A stretch of 64,000 nt of DNA from Camelus ferus (lineage: Eukaryota): NCBI RefSeq assembly GCF_009834535.1, contig NC_045696.1, positions 88,786,001-88,850,000 of the forward strand, written 5' to 3'. Shown here piece by piece: positions 26,641 through 40,787 of the stretch. Each line of letters starts with the position of its first letter. Within the stretch, counting starts at the first letter, position 1. The notes below the pieces were generated by a model that worked only from the letters and a program-made list of their open reading frames with translations, searched no databases and was not told the DNA's origin. A program made the position numbers and the translations under genes.

Positions 26641-27065
26641 TTCATCTTGCACGGACCTCTCGCCCAGATATCAATATAGGACCTGTCTTCTCCTCCTTCA
26701 AGTCTTTATTTAAATTTAACCTGTTTAGTGAGGACTTCTCTGACCAAGTCTTTAAACTGCAATCTTCACATCATCTCTATCCCACTTCTTTATATTCTTC
26801 TGTAACAGTTGATGTCCTAACATACTATGTAACTTACTTTGTTTAGTGTATGTCTCTTAACCAGAAAATAAGCTTCAAGAGGATGGAGAGTGTTTTTTTC
26901 ACCCTTTAGTTTGGTCCTTCCCCTAAGAACTGAAACCTGGCTTTAAGTCTCAGCATAGGGATGCTGTTTTTTTAATTGTTAGAGATATCTCTGATTAATC
27001 ATCTAGTCCGAACACTTTCCAAGGGATATGCAAGCAGGGGAAATGTAAAGAAAATCAATTTCCAG

Positions 27066-27225
27066 CAGGGGAGTATAGCTCAGTGGTAGAATGCATGCTT
27101 AGCATGCATGAGGTCCTGGATTCAATCCTCAGTACCTCCAGTAAAATAATAATAATAATAAATAAAAAACTAATTACCTCCCCCCAAAACCAAAAATAAA
27201 TAAATAACATTTCAACAACAACAAC
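27066..27225 (+). mobile_element. tRNA-Ala-derived camelid SINE (vic-1 type)
   Basis: Perfect 18-bp TSD aagaaaatcaatttccag at 27048-27065 and 27226-27243. Confidence 0.93.
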
Positions 27226-27869
27226 AAGAAAATCAATTTCCAGATTCTTAACTTCCAGAGTTACTCTTTCCCAAAACTGATGTGCCAGAGAATATGTCTG
27301 CATTTACATTAGCCCTTCTCCCACTTTTTAAACAAAGGCACACTTCTCACCCATGTCTTACAGTGGAGCATTTCTTTGAGTGTGTAAAAACCTCCAGGGG
27401 GTAAACAAAGGAGCAGACTCCTTTAATGGCTAATCAGGTCATAATAAACCCTTAGAGCTTCTTGTCTTTCCCAGTCTTATATACATTTTTGTTAAGAGTA
27501 AAGCATCGTGTTATAGAGTATTTTTACCTTGGATCTGGCTATATGGTTGTAGGGTAGCAGGAATACTAAAAATTCTCATGGAAGGACTTTGCCTCTTCCA
27601 TTTTCTGTCTACTCACAAAAAAAAAAAAAAATTAAAGCATTATTACAGTTTTATTATTATTTTTACTACTTTTATTTTACTTTATTACTATTTTTACTTT
27701 GCATTTTATCTTAAAAAGCTTAGTATTTTCTATTTCTTTTTGGAAAAAAAATAAAAACTAGCTACTGGACTGATTATTTTTAATATTACTGTTTACATTT
27801 CTTTGTCTTTAAATACAGAGGAAAGCTTGATCATGATGTCTAACAAAATTAGTGGAGTTAATTCTAATT

Positions 27870-29510
27870 TTATATATGACTCTTATTTAGTTAGTCCCAA
27901 AAGCTGAACAGCAGCATCTGAGTATACTTTTTATCATACTCTCTATCTCATAAATAAGTAATATTTTAAGCTACAAATTACACTGCTTCATTATAAATTA
28001 AGTAATGAGAAATAGCATTTTGATTTACTACCTTTTTATAACTTGTTATAACATTGACAAATTAACTACATTAGATCTACATCATTTAAATCTTGATTGC
28101 TTTTACTAATCTATTTACAAAATATGTTCTATAACCTTTTTCCAGTGGTTTTTATATCATTTTTGAAATGTATAACATATAAATTAAACTGAAAAATGAG
28201 ATCAGACCTTTTCTGATAGACAGTAATCTGACTGGGGCTGTTGAGACTAATAGAGATAACTGGTTTGTCAATTAGACTCTTTTACTATCCAAATAAAAAA
28301 AATTTTAGCTCCAAGATTTAGCTGAAAAAATGTTTAAATGATGTGATAAGATAAAAGCATTTTATAAAACATTATATTGGCAAAGATACAAAAAATAAGC
28401 AATATTTCAAATTTTCCAGTTCTCTCTGGGTCTATCGAGTTAATCATGGAATCTAAAAGTGAAAGAGTAATAAGTATAATTAATAATCATTTGTTAAGTC
28501 TTGGTAAATCCTTTTTGATATATTTCCCAGAGATTTGAGAAACCAAATGCCTCTGATAGCTGGGCAACAATCATTGTGCAACTTGTGTAGTTTCCAATTC
28601 ATTTCTTTAGCCAATTTGAAAGATGATCTAATTAAATTGTCAGTTAATAGATGAGGTAAAATAATTATTTATGATTATAATTTCTGGCACGTAGTTCAGA
28701 AGGAGCTCAAAGGATTAAATGGCATTGTTATTACATAACTCCTTCCATTTTTGCTACTTATTTATAAGAATATTTCTTAGCACAATTTTCTGTAAAAATG
28801 GAAAAGAGTGATAGAATTAATGCAAACTCTGTCTCATTCCAGCAATAAGTAAAAATCATTCATAGATTCATGAACTAATTGAAGGAAAAAAACCCAGCTA
28901 TTTCACTGGTAATTGGATCTCCAACAAAATTTTACATTTTATATTTACTCACTATTTATCAAAAATTTTTATCTGTATGTTGTTTTGATTATGTACTTAT
29001 AATGGCTATAATAACTCAACCCAAAAGAAAAACTTGTTAACCCTCAGCTCTTACAGTTATTGTCAGGAAGACAATTTTAAATTTTATGTATATAATTATT
29101 TTTACAGAAAAGTAGGACAAACAATAAGACTTTCATGCTCAACAATGTATTACTTGAGGGTTAAATTCTGTGGAAGAATTAAAATAGAAATATGAGTTCA
29201 AGGAGGAAAAAAGAAACATGCAAAAATTCTAACCATTTTAAAAGGACCCATTTATGAATATGTAAAGAGGTGGTAGTGGATATCAAATCATTATAATATT
29301 AAGATTCCACTGAACACTTTTAAAAGCGTGACTGAACAATTTTATTTTAAAATGTTAACATACTACAAAATGTCCAAGATTACATCTTTTGCAATTATTT
29401 AAACTAGTGATGAAAAATTTCAGATGCTAACTTAAAAATGTATGAGGGGTTCATAGCTTTCCAAAATTAATTTGGAAGAGCTTTTTTTTAAGCAAAAACT
29501 TAATGACTAC
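27870..29510 (+). mobile_element. hAT-Charlie DNA transposon fossil (Charlie7-like)
   Basis: Degenerate transposase C-terminal motif FW...LLPF..TYL at about 28680-28770. Terminus gcaaaaacttaatgactactg. Confidence 0.6.
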
Positions 29511-30128
29511 TGCTCTCTACAGCCACCAAATGCTGAGAACTGCTTTGGTTCCCAAACCCCATATGACGTCTCTCACACAGGCACCTTGATGGGATGCCAT
29601 TGATACCCACCCAATTAGAAGTCTGCTGACCACCCCTCTCGAGTGCCAGGCCAGTCACAAAAAGGAATGGGCCACCTCTGGCCTCTTTTCTCTTTTCCAA
29701 TCAGAATGGAGCGTCTGCTCCCTTCCTGTTCTCTAGTAACTCAGCAGGTGTTGGTGGGGGTACCAGGCACAAGCAGGGCATGAACTGGGTCCCCAAAGAA
29801 CTAGTCTCTTGGGCAGGTACCAAAACCTCAGACATGGCAGGGTCAAGATAAGGACTCAATTATTAGAACATGAATAAAAGGCAAGGACTTCATTTCAGAG
29901 AACATGAAAAGGATCTATTATTAGAACTAGAGATACAAGATCAAGGTGACTTCATGCAAAATAGTCATGACAAGTGCCTGAGGCTCCTGAAATTCCACCT
30001 GGCTAAGAACAGGATTTTCTCCAGCACCTGGGAAAGTAGAAAGCACATGGACAACACTGAGAGATCCTCACCTGACTAAATGGAATCAAGGAATTCAAAA
30101 CCCAAGGTCTTCTGACTCCAAATCCTCC

Positions 30129-30593
30129 TATAATGGCTTGAGTTGTGTCTCCTATAAAGATATGTTCAAGTCCTAACCCATAGTACTGTGAATGTGATCT
30201 TATTTGGGAATAGAGTCTTTGCAGATTTAGTTAAAGTATAAATTAAAATGAGATCCTACTGGATTATGGTGGGCCCTAATCCAATCACTGGTGTCCTTAT
30301 AAGAAGAGACACAGAGATACAGACACACATAGAGGGAAGACAGACAAGTGAATACAGGCAGAAGTTGGAACGATGCAGCTAAAAGCCAGGAAACACCAGA
30401 GATGCAAGAACTACCAGAAGCTAGGAAGAGACGAGGGAGGATTCTTCCCTAAAGCCTTCAGAGGAATCATGGCCCTGTCAAACCCCTTGACTTCAACCTT
30501 CTAGCCTTCAGAACTGTTAGAGAATAAATTCCTGTTGTTTTAAGGTACCTAGCTTGTGATTATTTGTTACAGTGGTCCTAGGAAACTAATATA
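30129..30593 (+). mobile_element. MaLR solo LTR (MLT1B/C-like)
   Basis: gtgaatgtgatcttatttgggaatagagtctttgcagat...aataaattcctgttgttttaag...ggaaactaatata. TSD cctcc/cctct. Confidence 0.85.
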
Positions 30594-31490
30594 CCTCTCT
30601 GTTGAGAGGGTATAAGAAATCTCAGGGAATCTGCCACTAGCCTGCTATTTGGTTTTATGCAAGCTACTCAACTTTCTAAAACTCACTTCAATTCAGCCAA
30701 ACATTTATTCCCTGCATTCTTAGTGCCTGTCACTGCACATTACCTGCTTGCATGATTTTCACAATGGTAACAAGACACACCAGCTCTTGGCTCCACAGAG
30801 CTTTCATTCTAGAGAAGAAAAGACTGGAAGCTAAATATGAAATTGTAAGAAATAAAGAGGATAACTTCATGTCCTTTAGGTGTCACACTGGGTCATTATT
30901 TAATCAGGCCTGCTCAAGGATTGTTTGATTTCCTAGAATGCACCTTTGTCTGACTTTCCAGTTTGCGATTTGATTAGAGCCCCAAATTATGAAGTTACAT
31001 ATTAATTTGTAGATTTCTGTCCAGTGAAAAAAGCCCAATAATAATAATATCAAAGGTTATCATTTTATTGCCTCTAAGACATTAACAATCTTTTAAATTT
31101 TTCTTTCCCAGTATGCTACATCAACCTCTTCCTCAAATGCTCTTGGAAGCCAGCTTTGCCATCTTACTAGTTCCTTCACTCATTAACAAGCTGAATACAT
31201 TTGACACACATTCATTATATTTTTGTATGAAAATCATGTTTTTAACTTTTTGAGAATTGTACTTCTACAGACAACTATTATAAAACCTAAATGATATAAT
31301 GTAAAAAAGATTAATGTGCTTCCTGGGATGTAGTAGGTGTTGAATGAGTGTGAGCTCTCCTTTAGCAACTGAGAAAGGCCTGGAAGATTCAGAAGAAGCC
31401 ACCTCTTAGGGACTCACTTCAATGCCAGGGACCAGTGGCCACCAAAGCAACTGTGTATGTGCCTCATTCTTCTCTTTAATTTCATCAAGA

Positions 31491-32054
31491 TGTTACTGCA
31501 AGGAGGGTTAAAAAGGCCTCAGTTCTTTGTCTTACCCAAGAAAAAGAATTTAAACGGAGGACTGAAAGCATGATATAAACAGAGAATCTTATCAGTAGAG
31601 CAAAAGTTAGTATAGTATACCTCCGAGAATTGAAGGTGGGCCAACTCAAGAGAAGAAAATGGCATTCTTTGTTACTCCTTCTTATATCCTGGCTTAGGGG
31701 ATCCTGTTCTCAGGATTGATTGACAACTCATGTCCCTTGAGTGCTCAGGCATTCCCATCTCTTGCACATGCTCTTACCCATGATGCACACAGATAAACCT
31801 CTGGGAGGGGAACCAAATGCAATGCTAATTACATTATAATGAGCACTGGGTCATGTTAAGCTGGGTCTTTCTCTCTACTGTGCAGTCTCAGCACTTGATT
31901 CTAACTGGCCTCTTTGTTAGCACTCATTTAGAGAAACTAAAACTCTTTGAAGTCCCTTATCCTGAGCACAAGGTGTACTGTTATTTTCTGGATTGTTCCT
32001 TCCCCTTTCCTCTCCCCTTGCCCAGTGCTCACTTCTGTCTAACTGCCTAATACA
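31491..32054 (-). mobile_element. ERV1-type solo LTR
   Basis: TG...CA termini (tgttactgca...ctgtctaactgcctaataca) and ERV1-like cctcagttctttgtc...aaagaatt. No clear TSD. Confidence 0.65.
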
Positions 32055-33632
32055 ACCTCCTTGTCTTATTCTTGTCTGTTACTAAGGCAGACATATTAAC
32101 TGAGAATTTTTTAAATTCTTGAACTCTTCTCTGTTGAGAAGCTGAAGCCTTTAAACATATCACGCCTTCCTCCTGCCATAGAGCTCTGGCTTGCTCTTGG
32201 CCCCTCTTCGCCACTCAGGAATTCACTCATGGCCCAGCTACCCACACTCTTTGCTTCTTTTTGGTTTTCTGCAGGTTCCCTTGATTATAAAAAGTCTGCA
32301 TTTATTTAGCATTCTTTTTCGTAATCTCTTAGACATGGTTTATTAAAGTCACAGGGCAAGAATCTATGCTAAATCCAGAATTGTTGGTAAATCTGAAGGC
32401 AAGTCTTGGCATCTTTACTGTAGTACAAAAATAGTAAAATCCAAGCAAGATTTCTGCAAGTTAAAAAAAAATTCAGGATTTTTAAGACACTTTTGGTTTT
32501 TAAAGACATTCGGGAATTGTAAGCACTTTCAAAAAACTAAGTGTTACCCTTGACCTCAATGGGACACCATCATCCCTGAGCTTGTAAAGAACACTTAGTA
32601 ACAACTTTCTAAGAATGGTGCCCTTTTTCAAAAGTGAATATGACCTGAAACAGTGATGAATTCAAGCATCCTCAGGCCAGTATAAGAAGCACAATGTGTA
32701 GTTACTGAAGTGTCTAGAGACAATGGGAAAAAGAAGCAAGTCACTGAGAAACTAGAACCTATGGGACTTTTTAACTTTGATGGCAGGAAACAGGACAGGA
32801 TTTAGGAGCTAAGCACGTGGATTGATTTCGGGTGAACAAATTACATAGCTAGGCACCATACAGGGCAGGGATAATTCATTTGTTTCTCTAACATTTGCAT
32901 AGAAGGCAAATTTTATTTGTTTCAGAAATTTAGTAACACATTTTCTAAATGCTTTTTAACGTAAAATTTACAGTGCCATATCTAATAATATTAGTGAAAG
33001 CAGATATTTAATTGCATTTTTGTCTTCCTTACCATCAGTGTATTATTTTGTCCTTAATACAGTGATTTTTAAAAATAGACTTATTCTATTCATGAGACTC
33101 AATGAAGATGTGTTCCTGAGTCACGCTGGAAGAAAACTGAACCATGGTAATTGCTGCCATCTTGTGGGAGAGTGAAAGAAATTCAAGATACCCTTATCCT
33201 CCTAAACTCTTCAGCACCCTCTGACTCAAGCATTCATGCGTTCACTCACCTTCTCCTTCAACAGTTACTCTCTGTCAGGCCCTGGCTAGACTTGGGGAAC
33301 ATAAGACAAGTAAAACACAGTCTGCATCTTCAAAGAACGTAGAATGCAGAAGGTAGTCGTCGGGACGCAATGTACTGTTAAAATACCATCCCAGGAGAGA
33401 GCATCCTTCTTGGGTAGGGGTAGTGGAGGAACCCAAAAGACTTTCCCAAAGAAGCACAATCCAGTGATTCATGGATAGCCAGGCTGACTCTGTTCTATGT
33501 GGCTTTCCGTTATGAAAATAATTTCCTTGGCAGGATTTTTTTTTTTCTGCCCATCCCTGCTGGTTCTTTCCCAGTAGTAGGAAAGGAGAAGAGGGAAGAT
33601 GCAATGCTGACCGGCCTCTAAACCTCAGAGTA

Positions 33633-34066
33633 TGTGGAATACCTTTCCTTTACCTCCCCAGGTACACCCTTCACCCATCTTCATCCTGCTCTGTTCCCAG
33701 AAGGCTGACCAGTGTGCATTGCCTCCATCCCCTCTCTTGCACTCTGGTTTCCAGTTCCCTTCAGGGAATACTGGTAGAGCAGGCATTGGCAAGACATCTG
33801 CCAAAGGAAGGAGTGTTCAGTCACGGTATTGATGCCCATATTCTCTGCCATCCAAATAGGGATCTTACAATGAAAAATCTCAGTTTCTTTCCCCGCTTAC
33901 CCTTTTAGACCCAGAAGTGGTGATGGGACCCAGCTGTTGCTACTCCCCAACGCACTGCACTGAGTCTTGTGGTTTTCCCACACTCTGCCCACACCTTTGT
34001 AAATAATCCCTCCAAATCATCCTAATTTGAATGTGCCATTGGCTTCCTGTTTCCCCTGCTGATATA
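33633..34066 (+). mobile_element. ERVL LTR (LTR16C-like)
   Basis: ctgcccacacctttgtaaataatccc...atcctaatttgaatgtgccat...ttcctg. Confidence 0.7.
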
Positions 34067-35327
34067 GAAGAAATTAATAAATAAATTGCTGAGTATCTGA
34101 ATTCTGTATAAATGAATGAATTCAATAATTGAATGAATAAAGGCATGAATGAATGAATGTGTGTTGGGATGAGTGTGTGAATACTGAATGCAGACATGTA
34201 GAATATATAAATATTTTATGCAGGAATAAGTGCATAATGACTAAGCAAATGAGGGATACCCACATGAAAACATGAGTGGAAGTATGAATGAAGAACAGAT
34301 TCATAAAAACATGAATTGAAATCAGTTTTAATCAATCTGAATGCCTGACTTCACCACCACCCCATGCTACCATCTGCTGGAACACATGCAAAGAAAAGGA
34401 ATGATGAACATCTCCCTAAAACAGGGCTATTACACAGAAATATTGTTTAGAGAGAGGCACTCAGAGGTTAGGTTAGGGAAAAAGACTCATGAAAAGAATA
34501 AGTTAACTTTTAAAAGAGCAGAGAATAAAGGTAGGGATTTCCTTAGAGGGGCAGAAAACACAGATGGGATAGAGTGGAAAGATTAGACTCCTTTTCCCTA
34601 GAGGGAAATCAACAACCGTTCAGAGGCTCAGAGACAAAGGAGCCATGGGCTAGGAAGCCGCCAGCAATTACTGCCATAAGGATCAGTTAAACTATGGATG
34701 GGAGACATGAAAGCGTCTAAATGCCACATCTGGGTGTCAAGGTGGGAAGATCAATGAAATATTTTTTTTAAGACTCAGATATCATCCATTAAACTACTGG
34801 GTCATGTTGCAAAAACCACTTACCAAAGGATCATGGCCATTAGTACAAGGTCACTGATCTAATTCACTTGTTCTGAAAATGAGACCTTTGGTCAAGATTC
34901 AGTGCTACTGTATTCATGCTAAAACATGCAGGGGATGGAATTAGGAACAATTTAGGTTACAAAGCACCAAATGGTATTCTAAGCCCATGTTTTCTAATTT
35001 TCTCTCCCCCAAGTTCAAATTCCTATTTAATCATTAAAAAGGGATAGCAGGACACATTCATATTTACAAGTATAGTCCAGGGAGGACACACTTCTCATGC
35101 TAGAAACTTAAGACAAATTCTAGAAAATACAAAAAGCATCATTCGGGAAAAGGGTTATGACTGTTGCTCTAGAAATCCAATTTCCAGGAATTTTCTTAAA
35201 ATAATCACATAGGTCTAAGAAGATATAGGGGCAAAGATGTTCACTGCTGTTTTGTTTATACAAGTTAAAAAAAACCAACAATGTAAATGCCCATTACTAG
35301 AAGACTATAAAGCAATAGCTATTAATA

Positions 35328-35548
35328 GGTAACACTTGTCAAGCACTGATCTGAGTATATATTAACTCATTTAATCCTCACAATAATCTTAAGAAGTAGA
35401 TAGTGTTATTATACCCACTTTAGAGATGAGGAAACTGAAGCATAGAGCTTAGGGTACTTTCACAAAGCTTAAAATTGGTGGAACTAGTATTTGAACTCAG
35501 GCAGCATGGTCCAATGTCTAGATGCTTAAAACCATGTCATGTTGCCTT
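35328..35548 (-). mobile_element. MIR SINE
   Basis: ctcatttaatcctcacaataatctt...tttagagatgaggaaactgaagcatagag. Confidence 0.85.
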
Positions 35549-35789
35549 TATATCATCAAAATCCTCATGCATTTTTATCTTCTTAGATAAGGAAAGATGC
35601 CTACAGAATATCGATCTAAAAAAGTAGGTTACAGATCCCATGCATGAACAATTACAAACAAAAGCACAGAGACCTATCTGGATGAATGGTCCCCAAAATG
35701 GTAATTTTTTACAACTAGTACATATAATTTTAATAAAAATGATAAAGCTAATATCATAAAATTAAGCACACCTTACCTGGACACTCATC

Positions 35790-37420
35790 CATCTCACATG
35801 TAGGAACATTATCATCTTTCAGCCATTGGCATAGAGATCAGAGGTTAAGGCCCCCTGATTACCACTATGGTGTTGCTGCAGACACTACATCGTTTTGCTT
35901 CTGATGCTTAAGTACTATCTTCTATCCTCTACCATTCTAGAATCTCAACATCCCCATTGATATCAAGGAATTCCATTTCATGACAGTGACTATACACCTT
36001 CAGAAAACAGCAATAACCGAACTTTTCAATTAAGTGCCAGTGGCCTCTCACCAGTGCATTTCTTATCTTAGTAACAGAAGTGTCTGGCCTTCCTGGGGAA
36101 CCCAGTGTTATGACTTCTTGGACCCTCCATAATAAATCCATTCCAATATTTTCTACGTCAAGAACCAACTCAATACTATGCCTAGGAAATTCTGGAAACT
36201 CCATTTCATTTACTGTATGCTTTCATTGTGCCCAGGGTTCAAAGAGCCATCACAAACAATTCTTAGAAATAATTCCAGTGTCATGCTAGACATTTAAGTC
36301 CTGAGTCATTGGTAAGTAACCCCATGTCAATGAATTCCCCTACTCTCTAGCTATTCCCACAGTAATTAACACCTTCAAGATCCACTCACCTATCTTTTCC
36401 CTCATTCTTTTCTGATTGTATTAGCAAGGTTCTGCAATTTCTTTGGTGGGTAAGTTATTTGTTCCTAGAACAGGGCTCATGTTTCACTTCTAAGACTGGG
36501 CTTAGAACTGACTCTGATTATAAGCCTAGAGGGAATCACTATGCTATACACCAGAAACTAACACAACATTGTAAACTGAGTATACTTCAATTTTTTAAAA
36601 AAACCTAGAGGTAATACGAGGCTGTAGGGGAAAGTCTTGAGGAGAACCAGCGTCATACTGTGAGGTACAGATTTCACGTAGGGTAATTGCCCACCTCCAG
36701 GCAGGAGGGGTAAAAGGCTGCTTCTAATGGGTAGTAAGGCTCAGGGAAATCTGAGGTTTAAGGTTCTGACTCACCCACCCTACCCCAGGTCTCATAGTCC
36801 CTTTCTTTCCTATCAGAGCCCTAACTTTCGGGAGGAGACCTGTTGAAGTTGTACATCTATTCTTCTTGGAGCCCTGCTGCCCTTACCATCAGTTCTGAGC
36901 CTGATTTTCGGGATGGTCTGCAGAGATGGCTCTGCTTTTGAGCTGCCACAGAAGCCCTCTATAGACATCCAGGGGCCCCTTGATCGGGCTGCGTAAGCAT
37001 GACTTGTTCAGGTTAAAACCAGACTAGCTATGGCCACATTCATCAGGGCTGTGGTTTACTATTTCCCTGGCACGAGTCTGGGACTTTACCCTCTCCCAGG
37101 CCAGGACTCAAAGAGGACATTTAGATATGAAGCTGAAGGCAGTATCTCTCCCTGTAGAAGCCTCTGCTGGAGCCTAGAACAGGACACATTCCAGGGGCAC
37201 ACAGCGGACAGGGGATAGTGGGAGACCCAGGGCCTTACAGCACAGACTGCTGTGGCCCCTCATGCTCTGTAGGCTCCAGCCACACTCAAATACTGCCTAG
37301 GCTCCTAATTAGCTGCTTATACTGTTCAAGTCCCAGTTTTTGATAACAGCTGTCCTGCAGAGTTATTTAGAAAATCAGAGATTACAGATATAGATATAGT
37401 ACAGCATATAGTAAGATATT
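35790..37420 (-). mobile_element. ERVL internal (gag-region) remnant with probable MLT2 junction
   Basis: ORF 35929-36204 contains PDTSVTKIRNALVRG, resembling recalled ERVL gag PEDTPFTKAIRNALVRG. Extent approximate. Confidence 0.6.
36533..36603 (+). mobile_element. Very short (about 70 bp) L1 3' tail insertion
   Basis: gaatcactatgctatacaccagaaactaacacaacattgtaaac with TSD cctagagg at 36525-36532 and 36604-36611. Confidence 0.85.
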
Positions 37421-37575
37421 AATAAGAAAAAGTTACTACAGTTTTTCTTGTCTAGAAAAGAAGGAGCAGCCATGAGTGGTGGAAGGGCAATGCTGTGCCT
37501 GGCAATTAACACAAAAGAAAAAAGTCATTTAGGATGAGAGGCATTTCTGGCACCAACAACTCTCACTGGGTATTG

Positions 37576-38220
37576 TGTTACCCCAAAACTGGGCTTGTTC
37601 CTTTGTGGGTGTCAAGCCAAAAGACACAGCCATGCCAAAGAGCAGGAGAAGGATTTATTACTTGCAGCAAGCAAGGGGAACACTGGGGATCTTTCCCAAA
37701 GCCGTGTCTCCCCAGCAGCAAAACTGGGGAAGTTTTAAGCTAAGGTATATTCATGAAGAGGTTTGGGTTGTGTATGCCTACTCATGAGGGGCTTGAGTAG
37801 AAGAGGATTCAGCCTGGAATTGGGGCAAAGCCGGAGTGCAGGCTCTAGATAACTGAAGTCATGAGGGTCAGCATCATCATTCCTCAGGTTCCAGTTAGTC
37901 TAGTGAGGGGGCTGGGTCTGGTAAAATAGCTCAAGAATGTGCTTCAAGCAATCTTTACCTTCAAAACAGAACTGGAAACCTTTACAATGGATATATTGTC
38001 TCCAGTATGCTTATTTCCCTGGTCTAATAATAGCTGTTTGTTCTTACATTCTTTTGTTTCCTTAAAATCATTAACTACTGAGAACTATTCTTCTGCAAGA
38101 GCAGGCATTGTGGTCACGCTTAGACCACAGAATGGCTTAGACCTAAAATGGCTTCTCTTACGTCAAGAAAGTTATGTCTGGTTATTTCCCTCCTTAGAAC
38201 CCCTGCCCTATTTGCCTACA
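37576..38220 (-). mobile_element. ERV1-type solo LTR
   Basis: tgttaccccaaaactggg...ccctatttgcctaca termini, antisense AATAAA (tttatt near 37654), TSD attg/tttg. Confidence 0.75.
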
Positions 38221-38751
38221 TTTGGGAGGGGTGGTAGCCAGGGCCTTTCAGGGCCCTGGGAGGTATGAGGACAGCCCAGGAGTTGGGGAATGGCCCTGTC
38301 CTCACCAAGTGCACAAGTTTGTGCTAGAAGCCTGCTGCTGCTGGCGTCAGACCATAGATCTGTTCCCACAGCCCTGCCCTCTCTCTCCTCAACACCCTCT
38401 CCACCAAAGTGGTGCTCAGGACCTTTGCATACCTTTGCCTAATATTTCTTAGATGGCTCCTGACAGGGAGGCTGGAGGCCTGGACGTGGAGATGGGGGAG
38501 AAAGGGTTGCTGTGCAGCCTTAAAGCGCCGTTTCTGGGGAGCCTGCTAAAGTTGTGCTCAGTATTCAGAAAGATGCACACGTCTACCCTGTCACATGCCC
38601 CTGTGGTTGTTCCTCTTCCTCCAGCTCCTCACCTCCTCTAGGGTCCAGCCCAGAACGACCCACTGTTCAAATTGCTGACTCTCAATTGTACTCTTCTCGA
38701 AATACTTGTTGTATTACCTCTCTGTACAGTCCCTACATGCAATCAAGTCAT

Positions 38752-39289
38752 TGATGGGGTTCAAGACACACTACCCCAAAACATGACACCTTGGTATAAT
38801 AAATAGTTCCAGTTGAAAAAATTTTAAGAATGGTAGATACAGGAAGGTCACTCTGACCTCTTCTGTTTCCCCCTCTTCCCTGAAATAGATCATAAAACCC
38901 CATGTGAAAGGTACCCTCCCTGTACCAGCAGGAGGGAAGATGTTCTTATTAACAGATATGGGAATTTGGAGCCAAGAAATCTATACAAACAAACCTTATT
39001 AAACTCACCCTTATCTTCTTGGTTCATTCCACACCACTTAACTATCTCTAGCCCAAACCCCTTTGTCTTGGCAATTCTTCAAATTTATTGTTTCTTTGTC
39101 TAAAATGTGTAAGAGTTTCCTGTCTCTGGTCACTTTTTCTGGCCCTTCATTTTCTTAAGAAGGGTCCCATGTATATGTAAAAATTCAATAAAATTGCATA
39201 CTTTTCTCCTCTTAATCTCTTTGTCAGGTTAATTTCCAGGCCCAGCCAGGGACCCTAAGAGAGTGGAGGAAAACTTTTTCTCTCCTACA
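38752..39289 (+). mobile_element. ERV1 solo LTR (MER34-like)
   Basis: tgatggggttcaagacacactaccccaaaa...AATAAA 39187-39192...ctcctaca. Confidence 0.8.
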
Positions 39290-40787
39290 GCATTAAAGGG
39301 ACAGGACTCATGGGAGGGGGTTGTTTTTGAAGAGGAAATATCTGGAAGGGGTAAAACAGAACAGAAATGGTGGGCTGGCATCTAGGGGATGATGCTGAAG
39401 GCTATTCTTCCCTCTTTCTTCCCTTCCTCCCTCCTTCCCTAAGGATTCATCCAGAATTGCTTACGACTAAACCTGTTCATTGGTTCTGTGGTGCTAGAGG
39501 CATTGTTCATCTATGACCAAGGATCTGGCTCAAGTCATTTTTTTATTTTACTGAAGAAAATATTTATTATCATTCTATTGCTCTTGCTCTTCCCTCACCA
39601 TTTCTTCCAGTTTCTTTGCCAAGTTTCTCTATGACAAACAATGCCTCAAATTTCATCTTGTGGTCATTACAGTTATTTCCCTTTAATAAGAAATAGTACC
39701 AAAAATATGTGTAAAGAGATAAATTGCTTTGGAATTGCTAAACAAAACAAAACAAAACCATCCTGAGATGCTTGACAATATATCCTAGCACTAAATGATC
39801 AAATATCAGTGAATTGATTTGTCTTTTCAAATGTACTGCTAAAGGATATATACTGTTAAAAGGTAAAAATCATGATTCTCATACAAATGTAAAATGAATG
39901 TGTCAAAGTTTTTATTTAATTATTTAATTCATTAACTAATGAAGGAACCAGTAAGATATTACAACTGGTTCAAAGGAGAATTCAAAGCAATAGCTTGATA
40001 GATAAGGAATGCCAAAATGAATCGACAAATAGATGCAAAAATGGCTTTTCCCAGGAGGGTGGGGAAAGAAATCAATTGTCCCTCCACTGGACAGAATTTA
40101 TGTGCATGTTTATGGATGAGAGGCATTTTCATTGCTCTCAGTTGCCTATCATTTACAGAGTTATAAGGAGCTCAAAGAAAATCAGAGCAGGAGATAATCC
40201 AGAAGGATGCCTGAGACAGAACATTCAGTGTTTTTTTTTTTTGTTTTTTTTTTTTTTTGGTCATTTCAAAGTTTTGCACACATTTTACTGAATGTTAAGT
40301 CAGGAAACTTAATTCTTTGTCCATAGCATATAGTTTATATTTGTTAAAAAATAATCTGGTACTTCCAGTATGGCTTTTTATTAGTTACTCAAAAGTATGA
40401 GGTTAGGAGTCCTAGTTTGGTAATGATGTGCACAATTCATTACCTATAAAATTCATGTTTGACCAAAAAATAATTATCACTGTAAAAAATTACTTTTTTG
40501 CTAATCTGAATATGTTTACATAAGGATATGTTACTGAGGAACATGACTGTTGGATATATCAATGTTAGGGTAACAAATAACACACAGGATTAATTTTTTT
40601 AGTATAAATATGTGTCAAATATTAAAAGAAAAAGAGGAAAATGGCTGCTGGGTAGGCCACTATAACTTTTACCTCACTGAGCTAGGTTTTACTCTGACTT
40701 CCTATTGTAAAAAGATGGTAATATCAGGACATAGGATAAGCTGTAAGTTTGAGGGGTTTAAGAAAAAAACTTTACTTTTATTACCTA

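Noticed and set aside
28400..28900. Domesticated hAT transposase (ZBED-like)
   Set aside because: No open frame of 60 aa or more, with multiple stops and frameshifts.
35929..36204. Domesticated gag-like gene
   Set aside because: Short, similarity is lost after NALVRG, and the remnant is interrupted by an L1 tail.
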